From Macrostomum lignano (lineage: Eukaryota), in assembly GCA_002269645.1 (NCBI GenBank), contig NIVC01000043.1:109086-173085 (forward strand): 64,000 nt of DNA. The letters run 5' to 3'. The notes below the pieces were generated by a model. It saw nothing but the letters and a program-made list of their open reading frames with translations. It did no database searches and had not been told where the DNA came from. The first letter of the stretch is position 1. Every line of letters begins with the position of its first letter. This document shows positions 1 through 14,090 of the stretch, piece after piece. Made by a program: the position numbers and the translations under genes.

Positions 1-536
1 GTCCTGGATGCTACGCATGCGGCACGCACCTGCTCAGTCTTCCGCTGCAAATTAACCTCCTTCACTGCTTTCCGAGTCGCCTGCAGACGCCGTTCAGTCT
101 CAGCAACCATGCGCACCAGAGTGTCGTTGTGACAGCGCCAAGCATCGGATCCGTGAGCCAGCAGCAGTTGCAGATTCTCAATGCGGACACTCTGGTGCTC
201 CAGCTGGGCTCGACTGTTGTCAACTGAGTCTCGCCAGCTCTGCACATCGGTCAGGCGGCCAGTTGGCGGGGCTGGCAGTTCGTATCGCTTCATGCTCATG
301 TGCTCAGGCGGCTGTCGACTGCTTAAACGTTCAAATTCGGCCCGCAATATATCGGTCTCAAACTGATGAAGATTCAATGGCGGCAGGTGTTCCAAATAGT
401 TTTTAGTTGGCCGGTAGCGTCGCATCTCCTCTTCAACCATGCCGAGGGCGGCCTCTCTGACGCCGGCCTCGTCGAAGCCTCGGTCAACGTAAGGAAGAGC
501 GTTGACCAAAGCGGCCTGTTGTTCCAGTGCAGACAT
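1..536 (-). CDS. BCAS2: Pre-mRNA splicing factor SPF27/BCAS2 (5' part; runs off the window)
   Basis: My translation from the ATG at 536 gives MSALEQQAALVNALPYVDRGFDEAGVREAALGMVEEEMRRYRPTKNYLEHLP...SMKRYELPAPP...AQLEHQSVRIENLQLL, recognisable SPF27 motifs. No stop lies inside the window. A TTTAG acceptor sits 2 nt upstream of the ATG. Confidence 0.92.
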   Translation of the reverse strand, partial: MSALEQQAALVNALPYVDRGFDEAGVREAALGMVEEEMRRYRPTKNYLEHLPPLNLHQFETDILRAEFERLSSRQPPEHMSMKRYELPAPPTGRLTDVQSWRDSVDNSRAQLEHQSVRIENLQLLLAHGSDAWRCHNDTLVRMVAETERRLQATRKAVKEVNLQRKTEQVRAACVASR

Positions 537-568
537 GCCTAAATTTGCTCAGTGGGCACGAATAGTCA

Positions 569-790
569 GAGTTCAATACACTCAGCTCATCACGTGACTT
601 TTCCTTGCGTGTTTATTTGTCTAATACAGGGAGTGTCTGTTCAATTTATAGCCCATCGCGTGACCTCGTCTATGAATGTGCATAGGCGAGTGTTCTATTT
701 TAGCACACCACGTGACTTACTCGCCTTACAACATGAATGTACAGGGGGAGTGGGGCGGGTGTGTTCTATTTATAGTTCATCAAGTGACCT
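569..790 (-). promoter_or_regulatory. Four degenerate ~55-70 bp modules, each with an E-box-like GTCACGTG, some followed by TATA-like CTATAAAT
   Basis: Plus strand: tcacgtgac 590-598, tcgcgtgac 656-664, cacgtgac 709-716, tcaagtgac ~780. Three are preceded by gtgt(c)tgttc(a/t)attt(a)tag-like sequence. Lies just upstream of BCAS2; function is inferred. Confidence 0.45.
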
Positions 791-1624
791 TCTCTAATAT
801 CGTGAATTCCCTATCTAAACGGATTCCCCAAAGACCTTTCTGAAAATAACTGAAACACGTTTAAAACAGCTTAAAACGCGAATTAAATAAAATATATATT
901 ATCGACGTTTTATTGAAAACATTTAAACAAAAATTTATAAAATTCGTTGTGTACAGTGTTCTACACGAAAAACCTGATTGTGTACGTACTGCAATAATGA
1001 TGATCCAGGAGTGGAAAATTACAATATAAAAAATTAGGTGTCCAAAAGACCTCTAAATCGAGACAGTATAATAATAAAAAATTCAGTCAAAAACCTGCCA
1101 AAAAGATGGCAGCAGTGCAATCTAAAAAATTGAATATTTATTAAAACTATGGAAGACAGTCTTAGAGCACCAATTAAATGTGATATCAAATAATTAATTA
1201 TGGAATAAGAAACATTCACCATTAAATTTTGGAAGAGATTCACAGCACCAGTAGCCGCCAAAATAAGATATTATTCTCAAGAGTAAGACAAATATTCATA
1301 ATTGGCCAAACTGAATAACAAGAAAATCTGGTTTTATTTTAACATATTGCACGCGTACGACAAATAACAGCTGATATATGATTGATAATTACAAGCTGTA
1401 TTACAGTTAACACAATAGATAGCAGGTTTTAGTAATATCTTGAATATAACTGCATGGGATCTATTGAAAATAAGGAATTTAATATCACACACAAGAATGT
1501 TTTAAACATCGCATTACATCTGGTGGCGTTCTGTGACCTTATCTGATAATTTTCTGATAATTTTGTGTTGTTCTGTGATCACTTAAGCTTTAAAAGATAA
1601 AAACTGAACAAATTTAAATAACAA

Positions 1625-2695
1625 GCGATTTCAAATAGTTTGAGAGACAGTTTTCTAGAAATTCAAAACCGATTTCAAATATTTGGAGAGTCAGTTTTCT
1701 AAGAAATTCAAAACCGATTTCAAATATTTGGAGAGTCAGTTTTCTAAGAAATAAAAACCGATTTCAAATATTCGGAGAGTCAGTTTTCTAAGAAATTAAA
1801 AAAATCGATTTCAAATATTCGGAGTCAGTTTTCTAAGAACAAAAAAAACGATTTCAAATATTCGGAGAGTCATTTTTCTAAGAAATTAAAAACCGATTTC
1901 AAATATTCGGAGATTCAGTTTTCTAAGAAATTAAAAACCGATTTCAAATATTCGGAGATTCAGTTTTCTAAGAAATTAAAAACCGATTTCAAATATTCGG
2001 AGTCAGTTTTCTAAGAAAATAAAAAAATCGATTTCAAATATTCGGAGTCAGTTTTCTAAGAACAAAAAAACGATTTCAAATATTCGGAGATTCAGTTTTC
2101 TAAGAAATTAAAAACCGATTTCAAATATTCGGAGATTCAGTTTTCTAAGAAATTAAAAACCGATTTCAAATATTCGGAGATTCAGTTTTCTAAGAAATTA
2201 AAAACCGATTTCAAATATTCGGAGATTCAGTTTTCTAAGAAATTAAAAAGCCGATTTCAAATATTCGGAGATCAGTTTTCTAAGAAATTAAAAACCGATT
2301 TCAAAGAATCTGAGGGACAGTTTTCGAAGGAGTTTGAAACCGATTTCAAAGAATCTGAGGGACAGTTTTCTAAGGAGTTTGAAACCGATTTCAAAGAATC
2401 TGAGGGACAGTTTTCTAAGGAGTTTGAAACCGATTTCAAAGGATCTGAGGGACAGTTTTCTAAGGAGTTTGAAACCGATTTCAAAGAATCTAAGGGACAG
2501 TTTTCTAAGGAGTTTGAAACCGATTTCAAAGGATCTGAGGGACAGTTTTCTAAGGAGTTTGAAACCGATTTCAAAGAATCTAAGGGACATTTTTCTAAGA
2601 AATTCCAGGGCGATTTCAAAGAGTCTGAGTGAGAGTTTTCCAAGACATTCAAAACCAATTTTAAAGAATTTGGGGGTCAGTTTTTTCCAAAATAA
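1625..2695. repeat. 45-bp tandem repeat with two block-wise subtypes
   Basis: Units CCGATTTCAAATATTCGGAGATTCAGTTTTCTAAGAAATTAAAAA (left) and CCGATTTCAAAGAATCTGAGGGACAGTTTTCTAAGGAGTTTGAAA (right). Confidence 0.9.
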
Positions 2696-2762
2696 TTAAC
2701 AGTTTTCCTGTCTAGGAAAAAAGAATGGTCAAATCCGTAAAAAATAATTCTAAGAATCTAAC

Positions 2763-4723
2763 CTAGCACGCACATCTGCCGCCGCCGATTTCATCGTCCT
2801 CATCTGCGTTACCACGCCGCGGCTTGTTCTTCGCGCCGCTAACCGCCCCCAGCCGGACAATGGCCGGATCGTCGGTCAGTGAGACTGTCTGAGCCGCCGA
2901 CTCAGAGTTGGCAGTCTTGGCTAGCACCGATTCAATTAGAAATCGCATCGCCTCCTCAATCATGACGCCCTCCTTGGCGCTGACCTCTGTCCAACCAATG
3001 AAGCCGTTCTCTCTGCAGAATGTCTCAATTTCGGACAGTTGCAGCTGCCGCTCGCCGCTCAACAAGTCGCATTTATTGGCCAGCAGGATGGCCGGTAGCG
3101 GGCTGCCATCGGGCAGGGCGCATTTGCTGTCCAAATCGCGTTTCCATTTCAGCGCACCGTCAAATGTTGAGCGTTTGGTTAAGTCAAATACGATTACGGC
3201 TGCGTGGGCGTCTCTGTAGTACACTCGCGTCATGGAGGTGAACCTGCAGGGGTGGGGGGTTGACTGACTGCCTGTGTCTTTCTCTGTGTCTCAGTCAGTC
3301 AGTCAGTGGGTCAGTCAGTGGGTCAGTCAGTGGGTCAGTCAGTCAGTCAGTCACCCACTCACTCAAGTCAGTCAGTCAGTGGGTCAGTCAGTCAGTCAGT
3401 CAGTGGGTCAGTCAGTCAGTCAGTCAGTGGGTCAGTCAGTGGGTCAGTCAGTGGGTCAGTCAGTGGGTCAGTCAGTCAGTCACCCACTCACTCAAGTCAG
3501 TCAGTCAGTGGGTCAGTCAGTGGGTCAGTCAGTCAGTCAGTCAGTCAGTGGGTCAGTCAGTGGGTCAGTCAGTCAGTGGGTCAGTCAGTCAGTGGGTCAG
3601 TCAGTGGGTCAGTCAGTCAGTCAGTCAGTCAGTCAGTCAGTCAGTCAGTCAGTCAGTCAGTCAGTCAGTCAGTCAGTCAGTCAGTCAGTCAGTCAGTCAG
3701 TCAGTCAGTCAGTCAGTCAGTCAGTCAGTCAGTCAGTCAGTCAGTCAGTCAGTCAGTCAGTCAGTCAGTCAGTCAGTCAGTCAGTCAGTCAGTCAGTCAG
3801 TCAGTCAGTCAGTCAGTCAGTCAGTCAGTCAGTCAGTCAGTCAGTCAGTCAGTCAGTCAGTCAGTCAGTCAGTCAGTCAGTCAGTCAGTGGGTAAGTGGG
3901 CCAGTCAGTCAGTGGGTCAGTCAGTCAGTCAGTCAGTCAGTCAGTCAGTCAGTCAGTCAGTGGGTCAGTCAGTCAGTCAGTCAGTCACCCACTCACTCAA
4001 GTCAGTCAGTCAGTGGGTCAGTCAGTGGGTCAGTCAGTCAGTCAGTCAGTCAGTCAGTCAGTCACCCACTCACTCAAGTCAGTCAGTCAGTCAGTGGGTC
4101 AGTCAGTCAGTGGGTAAGTGGGTCAGTCAGTCAGTCAGTGGGTCAGTCAGTCAGTGGGTCAGTGGGTCAGTGGGTCAGTCAGTCAGTCAGTCAGTCAGTC
4201 AGTCAGTCAGTCAGTCAGTCAGTCAGTCAGTCAGTCAGTCAGTCAGTGGGTAAGTGGGCCAGTCAGTCAGTGGGTCAGTCAGTGGGTCAGTCAGTGGGTC
4301 AGTCAGTCAGTGGGTCAGTCAGTGGGTCAGTCAGTGGGTCAGTCAGTCAGTCAGTCAGTCAGTCAGTCAGTCAGTCAGTCAGTCAGTCAGTCACCCACTC
4401 ACTCAAGTCAGTCAGTCAGTGGGTCAGTCTGTGGGTCAGTCAGTGGGTCAGTCAGTGGGTCAGTCAGTCAGTCAGTCAGTCAGTCAGTCAGTCAGTCAGT
4501 CAGTCAGTCAGTCAGCCAGTGCTCACCTCTCCTGCCCGGCAATGTCCCACATCTGCAGTTTAATAGTTTGAGTGTCAGACCAGCGAATAACTTTAAGCGC
4601 AAAGTCCACCCCGATGGTCTGCTTATAGTCAGTCTGAAACATGTTATTCACATATCGATGAACGAACGAAGTTTTACCAACTGTTGGATCGCCAATTACT
4701 AATATTTTCATTAGTTGCTCCAT
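2763..4723 (-). CDS. RAB29: Rab29/Rab7L1-like GTPase (Rab32/38/29 family), 2 exons, 225 aa
   Basis: Exon 1 is 4723-4527 (AG|GTGAGC) and exon 2 is 3243-2763 (CTGCAG|G); the phases match. Motifs: GDPTVGKTS, family-diagnostic WDIAGQERFTSMTRVYYRDA, NKCDL, SAK and a C-terminal CAC (CxC) prenylation signal. Confidence 0.9.
3260..4517. repeat. (CAGT)n microsatellite with GTGG variants filling the Rab intron
   Basis: About 1.25 kb of CAGT, with recurrent GTGGGT and CACCCACTCACTCAAG interruptions. Confidence 0.97.
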
Positions 4724-4889
4724 CGGGAAAATTTACTGAAAGTAGTAACAATGAGGAGGTATGCTTTATAATGTACAAATATGTATTGGATAGAAAATAA
4801 TAAATAGAATCAAGCAATTGTTCATTGTTAATAATTAAAAATTTGACACGAAAGTTAGTTTAGTCACTAAGTATAGTCACTGCCATACT

Positions 4890-5370
4890 TAAAGTCCCAC
4901 TCCAGTCCCATCCCAGGTCCCAACCGAGTCCCACTCCAGGTCCCAACCGAGTGCCACTCCAACCCCACTCCAGGTCCCAACCGAGTGCCACTCCAACCCC
5001 ACTCCAGGTCCCAACCGAGTGCCACTCCAACCCCACTCCAGGTCCCAACCGAGTGCCACTCCAACCCCACTCCAGGTCCCAACCGAGTGCCACTCCAACC
5101 CCACTCCAGGTCCCAACCGAGTGCCACTCCAACCCCACTCCAGGTCCCAACCGAGTGCCACTCCAACCCCACTCCAGGTCCCAACCGAGTGCCACTCCAA
5201 CCCCACTCCAGGTCCCAGTCCCAATCCCAGCCCCACTCCAAGTCCCAATCCGACTCCCAGTTCCACTTCCAGTCCAAGTCCCAGTCCTATTCCGGTCCCA
5301 GTTTCAGTATACTCGTAAGTCCCAGTCCTAGTCTAGTCCCAACCCCAGTCCCACTCCAAGTCCCAGTCCC
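4890..5370. repeat. 34-bp tandem repeat decaying into CCCAGT-rich sequence
   Basis: Unit CCAACCGAGTGCCACTCCAACCCCACTCCAGGTC. Confidence 0.92.
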
Positions 5371-5778
5371 AGTCCTACTGCTATGAAACAAGCTACAAAT
5401 TTAACAAAGAAATCACAAATAAAGTAGCAAGTGTCTACTAAGACAATGCAGTAATGTTAATTTACTGCATACATTAGTTTGTATGTAATAATTGATTTAT
5501 TATTGGTTGAAATTCTAAATTTTCTATACGGGGCCTATTTAGTGAATACATAAGCTAGGACTGAAAGTGAGTGAATATTTAGCTAGGTCGACATTTTTGT
5601 ATCAGTATAACAGAGCCATTGAACCTCTATTATTAAAATTGGCTATTTCATAAACTACAGTTCTAGATGCTGTAATATAAAGCTAAACGAACACACTACT
5701 TGCAGTCTTAGTCGAGTAGTAGTATCAGTTTCTCAAATAGTTATAGTTTTACAGGCCGCCCAGAACCGGGGGGCAAAC

Positions 5779-7779
5779 TTAGGGCGCCATCTCTTTCGGA
5801 TTTCGATCGTGATTGTTGCCGAATTTGCGCATGTTGCCAATCAAAGTGTCCTCGTGCTCCAGAGTGCCAGGCTCCATATCAATCACATTCGGATATTTGT
5901 TTGGATCGCCTCGGCTGCCAACTTCGCCGTATTTTCTTTCCCACAGCATCCGGTGCTTCTGCTTCATCAGGGCGTTCTTAACGTTGTGCGCGTAGCCCAT
6001 GTCGCCGTGCTTGATGAAGTAGTTGGTGGAGGCTGCGTGGGTGGGAGGGGAGTTTCAACTACTTGTCACTCCCATAGATTGCCACTTTTCACTCTACTTG
6101 TCACTCTCCTAGATGGCTACTTGTCACTCTCCTAGATGACTACTTGTCACTCTCCTAGATGGCTACTTGTCACTCTCCTAGATGACTACTTGTCACTCCC
6201 ATAGATTGCCACTTTTCACTCTCCTAGATGGCTACTTGTCACTCTCCTAGATGGCTACTTGTCACTCTCCTAGATGACTACTTGTCACTCTCCTAGATGG
6301 CCAGTTGTCCCTCTCCTAGATGGCTACTTGTCACTCTCCTAGATGGCCAGTTGTCCCTCTCCTAGATGGCTACTTGTCACTCTCCTAGATGGCCACTTGT
6401 CCCTCTCCTAGATGACTACTTGTCACTCTCCTAGATGGCTACTTGTCACTCTCCTAGATGACTACTTGTCACTCTCCTAGATGACTACTTGTCACTCTCC
6501 TAGATGGCTACTTGTCACTCTCCTAGATGGCTACTTGTCACTCTCCTAGATGACTACTTGTCACTCCCATAGATTGCCACTTTTCACTCTCCTAGATGGC
6601 CACTTGTCCCTCTCCTAGATGGCTACTTGTCACTCTCCTAGATGGCTACTTGTCACTCTCCTAGATGACTACTTGTCACTCTCCTAGATGGCTACTTGTC
6701 ACTCTCCTAGATGACTACTTGTCACTCCCATAGATTGCCACTTTTCACTCTCCTAGATGGCTACTTGTCACTCTCCTAGATGGCTACTTGTCACTCTCCT
6801 AGATGACTACTTGCCACTCTCCTAGATGGCTACTTGTCACTCTCCTAGATGACTACTTGTCACTCTCCTAGATGGCTACTTGTCACTCTCCTAGATGACT
6901 ACTTGTCACTCCCATAGATTGCCACTTTTCACTCTCCTAGATGGCTACTTGTCACTCTCCTAGATGGCTACTTGTCACTCTCCTAGATGACTACTTGTCA
7001 CTCTCCTAGATGACTACTTGTCACTCTCCTAGATGACTATTTGTCACACTCTCCTATTCACACTATAGCTATCCTTGTCACTCTTTCGATCGCTGAGCCT
7101 AGCTAGTCTAATTCTAACCCTTGTCACTGTTCCTTTAACCTGGTCACTCTCGTCATAGATTTTCTTCCGATCGCGAAGATTACCTTCATCATAATCCTTT
7201 TGAATCTGGCCGCAGTGTTTCTCAATAAGGTCGCGCTGCCTGCCGTACCACTGGAAGCACTGTTCCCGCCGACGACGAAGTATGTTGACAATCTCCTGGT
7301 CAACCAGGCTGGGTTAGTTGGGGACAGGTAAAAATTTACTTGTAATTAAAAAGTAGCTATTTTCAGTCTCGAAAATATCAACGCTACATATCGGGAAAAT
7401 GGTTTTATTGTATAGATTTTCACATCGATATCACAAAAATAGTGATAATTATTTGACATTTTTACTAGTTAGTAGGTTAGTAAGAAAATGTAACTTTTTT
7501 TAATTTAACAGTAAAAACTCACCGATCCCTTTTGTACTGCTCGTCGGCCTCCAGATTGCAAAGTTCGTCATCAACAAAGCACTGGTCGATAGTAGGCACC
7601 CTAGGATATCGGCGATGATAATATGGATATTTCTTCCTGTACTTGTCAATCACATTCTCCTTGAACCAGGTGGTTGGCAAGTCGAATGCTTTGAATAGCC
7701 AAGTGTCAGTGAACGCCTTGCTAGTCACCGGGGTGTAGAGCGACTCCCGTGTCGGTTCAGGCTCGTGTCCGCCGCCCAT
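5779..7779 (-). CDS. NDUFB10: NADH dehydrogenase 1 beta subcomplex subunit 10 (PDSW), 3 exons, 211 aa
   Basis: Exons 7779-7523, 7308-7184 and 6032-5779, with GT-AG sites in consistent phases. Motifs YYHRRYPRVPTIDQC...EADEQYKRDRLVDQEIVNILRRRREQC...HC...TNYFIKHGDMG...ALMKQKHRM. Confidence 0.92.
6058..7050. repeat. 23-bp tandem repeat filling NDUFB10 intron 2
   Basis: Unit CTACTTGTCACTCTCCTAGATG(G/A), with a recurrent CCCATAGATTGCCACTTTT variant. Confidence 0.95.
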
Positions 7780-8319
7780 CCTTTATTGCTATTAGTAATA
7801 TGTTAAGTTTTAGTCGCTAAGAAGCTGCGGGATTCAAGAAGGTAAGAGTAAAGTCATTGTAGAATTTTTACAATGGGCACCGGCCCTTGTGAATTTAATA
7901 AAATCGCTGAATAAAAAAACACAGCAGAGATTCCAAAAAACCATTGGCAAAAAACAAAGGATTTTTGTTTTTTTGCGCCAATATGTATTTCACTGCGAAT
8001 GCACAAAAAGATCTTAAAGGCTTCCTCGCTTTAATTTAAGAGAAATTACACAGATACAATGCGTTGAACTACCGAAAGACACTGCAATGAGAAACTCTAA
8101 ACAGATTATCAAAAATATGCTTTTTAGGGCACAGGGAAAATATAAAATCATAACAGAAATGCTTCTCTAAAGAACTAACAGTTATACTGTATGGTTAGTC
8201 AGTCTAGTGCAAAGCATTATGAAGATAAACACGATTCTATTAATAGACTTTTAACCAGATCACACTAAATACGAAGTACTTGACATGATTGCTATTCTTC
8301 AATAAGTATGTGCTATCAC

Positions 8320-9842
8320 ACCCACCCGTCACCCTCCAGTCCTTCAGCATCTCCCCCCGTCACCCTTCACTCCTTCAGCATCTCCCCCCGTCACCCTCCA
8401 CTCCTTCAGCATCTCCCCCCGTCACCCTCCACTCCTTCAGCTCCCCCCGTCACCCTCCACTCCTTCAGCTCCCCCCGTCACCCTCCACTCCTTCAGCTCC
8501 CCCCGTCACCCTCCACTCCTTCAGCTCCCCCGTCACCCTCCACTCCTTCAGCTCCCCCTGTCACCATCCACTCCATCAGCTCCCCCGTCACCATCCACTC
8601 CATCAGCTCCCCCGTCACCATCCACTCCTTCAGCATCTCCCCCCGTCACCCTCCACTCCTTCAGCTCCCCCTGTCACCCTCCACTCCTTCAGCTCCCCCC
8701 GTCACCCTCCAGTCCTTCAGCTCCCCCGTCACCCTCCACTCCTTCAGCTCCCCCTGTCACCATCCACTCCTTCAGCTCCCCCCGTCACCCCCAGTCCTTC
8801 AGCTCCCCCGTCACCATCCAGTCCTTCAGCTCCCCCGTCACCCCCCAGTCCTTCAGCTCCCCCGTCACCCCCAGTCCTTCAGCTCCCCCGTCACCCCCAG
8901 TCCTTCAGCTCCCCCCGTCACCATCCAGTCCTTCAGCTCCCCCCGTCACCCCCCAGTCCTTCAGCTCCCCCGTCACCCTCCACTCCTTCAGCTCCCCCCG
9001 TCACCATCCAGTCCTTCAGCTCCCCCCGTCACCCCCAGTCCTTCAGCTCCCCCCGTCACCATCCAGTCCTTCAGCTCCCCCGTCACCATCCAGTCCTTCA
9101 GCTCCCCCGTCACCATCCACTCCTTCAGCATCTCCCCCCGTCACCCTCCACTCCTTCAGCATCTCCCCCGTCACCCTTCACTCCTTCAGCATCTCCCCCG
9201 TCACCATCCACTCCTTCAGCATCTCCCCCCGTCACCCTCCACTCCTTCAGCTCCCCCGTCACCCTCCACTCCTTCAGCTCCCCCGTCACCCTCCACTCCT
9301 TCAGCTCCCCCGTCACCCTCCACTCCTTCAGCTCCCCCGTCACCCTCCAGTCCTTCAGCTCCCCCCGTCACCCTCAAGTCCTTCAGCTCCCCCGTCACCC
9401 TCCACTCCTTCAGCTCCCCCCGTCACCCTCCACTCCTTCAGCTCCCCCGTCACCCTCCACTCCTTCAGCTCCCCCCGTCACCCTCCACTCCTTCAGCTCC
9501 CCCGTCACCCTCCACTCCTTCAGCTCCCCCGTCACCCCCCAATCCTTCAGCTCCCCCGTCACCCTCCACTCCTTCAGCTCCCCCCGTCACCCTCCACTCC
9601 TTCAGCTCCCCCCGTCACCCTCCACTCCTTCAGCTCCCCCCGTCACCCTCCAGTCCTTCAGCTCCCCCGTCACCCTCCACTCCTTCAGCTCCCCCGTCAC
9701 CCTCCACTCCTTCAGCTCCCCCGTCACCCTCCACTCCTTCAGCTCCCCCCGTCACCATCCACTCCTTCAGCTCCCCCGTCACCCTCCACTCCTTCAGCTC
9801 CCCCGTCACCCCCCAATCCAATTCAGCTCCCCCCGTCACCCT
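8320..9842. repeat. 27-28-bp C-rich tandem repeat
   Basis: Unit CCTTCAGCTCCCCCGTCACCCTCCACT. The long Pro/Ser ORFs in the track are by-products of this array. Confidence 0.95.
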
Positions 9843-9859
9843 GCGGTCCATTCCAAGCA

Positions 9860-12140
<2,281 letters not shown>

Positions 12141-12274
12141 CTGCGGGCGGGATTAGAAAGTGAGAATTTCAAAACAAGGATCAAAAGAAAAGTCTTTGTT
12201 CTTGATGCCTTATATCTGAGTCTAAGTTTAGTTCTTACAGATTTTAAGAGGATTTAGAAGTCTTAGCTTTGGAT

Positions 12275-12567
12275 TCTGTTTTAGAGCCCAATTAGGCCAG
12301 ATGTGCAACCGACAGCTCAGCCGCAGCTATTGCGCGGCGCATCTGAAGGCTGCGTACGGCTGTTCAGTCCAAGGACTGGGGGGTTGCCACACACAGCCTC
12401 AATTACCCCAGCTAATGCTGGCACCCATTTTACAGCTGGGTGAACTGAAGCAATGCAGAGTTAAGTGTCTTGCTCAAGGACACAAATTGTTCCGACTGGA
12501 ATCGGGAATCGAACCCCCGACCTTTAAGTCGTGAGTGCGACGCTCTAACCACTAGGCTACAACCTCC
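12275..12567 (-). mobile_element. tRNA-derived CORE-like SINE
   Basis: Head GGAGGTTGTAGCCTAGTGGTTAGAGCG...GGTTCGATTCCC (A and B boxes), followed by TGTGTCCTTGAGCAAGACACTTAACTCTGCATTGCTTCAGTTCACCCAGCTGTAAAATGGG, which resembles the CORE/MIR domain. The 3' boundary is approximate. Confidence 0.75.
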
Positions 12568-12934
12568 TTTGTTTTAAGGAATTAGAAGTCTTCGTTTTGA
12601 GGAATTAACGGGGATATTATTAGCTCCAAAAGAGACCAGGGTTAGGGTTAGTTTTAATTAATAAAAAATCTGTATTTAAAATTTACTAAAGCTTAATAAT
12701 AAATTGTTACACCGATGTCAATTTATCATTCGACCTAATGTAGCACGAGACAATTTTATTAATATAAAAAACCAATTCTCACAGAAAATAATTAGAAATC
12801 AATGATATCAATCGTAAAACACAGTAAAACACAGATAAAAGCTGGCAAATTTCTGAATAGAATAAACTTGTTAGAATCGGCACATTACATGTCAGACATT
12901 GGAATATGAAAAAGTTGAATCATGAGCAGTCTAC

Positions 12935-13354
12935 TCAAGACGGCTTCAGCATGAGACCAAGCTGTTCAGTGGCAAACGCACTCAGCTGGGTAAGCATCTG
13001 AGTTCGCAGATCCATATTGCCAGCCAGCATAGTAGCCAGCATAACCGCATCAGTAATGTCAAAACCGCGCAATAAATCCATTGTAGAGTCCACCAAATCG
13101 TTGCGTTTTTCTTGCGGCAATCGAAGCAGCACCGTAGCCAGCGGTTCGAATTGGCCCGACGTGGCCCAGGCGCCCGCCAGGCCACCAACGGCGCCGCCGA
13201 CGGCTACACCGACTGGGCCACCGAGAAGTCCGCCGACAAAGGCGCCACCTCCGGCGATTGCAGCACCTTTAGCGGACTGCTTCACGGTGACTCGAATGCC
13301 TTCCTCCTCGGATAGCTTCACTAGCAGGTCGAAGACTTTTACCGGATCTAGCAT
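12935..13354 (-). CDS. C19orf12: C19orf12 (nazo/MPAN protein) homolog, 139 aa, intronless
   Basis: Glycine-zipper segment KQSAKGAAIAGGGAFVGGLLGGPVGVAVGGAVGGLAGAWATSGQF, followed by DITDAVML. Confidence 0.9.
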   Translation of the reverse strand: MLDPVKVFDLLVKLSEEEGIRVTVKQSAKGAAIAGGGAFVGGLLGGPVGVAVGGAVGGLAGAWATSGQFEPLATVLLRLPQEKRNDLVDSTMDLLRGFDITDAVMLATMLAGNMDLRTQMLTQLSAFATEQLGLMLKPS

Positions 13355-13391
13355 TGCTGCCGGCTGTTGGCGCGGAGAGGGTGGCTACCTG

Positions 13392-14090
13392 TGAGATGCT
13401 TAGCTGTGCTTAGCTATGAGATTGGGATGCTTAGCTATGAGATTGGGATGCTTAGCTATGAGATTGGGATGCTTAGCTATGAGATTGGGATACTCAGCTA
13501 TGAGATTGGGATGCTTAGCTATGAGATTGGGATGCTTAGCTATGAGATTGGGATGCTTAGCTGTGACATTGGGATGCTTAGCTATGAGATTGGGATGCTT
13601 AGCTATGAGATTGGGATGCTTAGCTGTGACATTGGGATGCTTAGCTGTGACATTGGGATGCTTAGCTGTGAGATTGGGATGCTTAGCTATGAGATTGGGA
13701 TGCTTAGCTATGAGATTGGGATGCTTAGCTGTGACATTGGGATGCTTAGCTATGAGATTGGGATGCTTAGCTATGAGATTGGGATGCTTAGCTGTGACAT
13801 TGGGATGCTTAGCTATGAGATTGGGATGCTTAGCTGTGACATTGGGATGCTTAGCTATGAGATTGGGATGCTTAGCTATGAGATTGGGATGCTTAGCTGT
13901 GACATTGGGATGCTTAGCTGTGACATTGGGATGCTTAGCTATGAGATTGGGATGCTTAGCTATGAGATTGGGATGCTTAGCTATGAGATTGGGATGCTTA
14001 GTTATGAGATTGGGATGCTTAGCTGTGACATTGGGGTGCTTAGCTATGAGATTGGGATGCTTAGCTGAGATCGGGGTGCTTAGCTGTGAG
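13392..14090. repeat. 21-bp tandem repeat abutting the C19orf12 5' acceptor
   Basis: Unit GAGATTGGGATGCTTAGCTAT, with a GTGAC variant. Confidence 0.97.
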
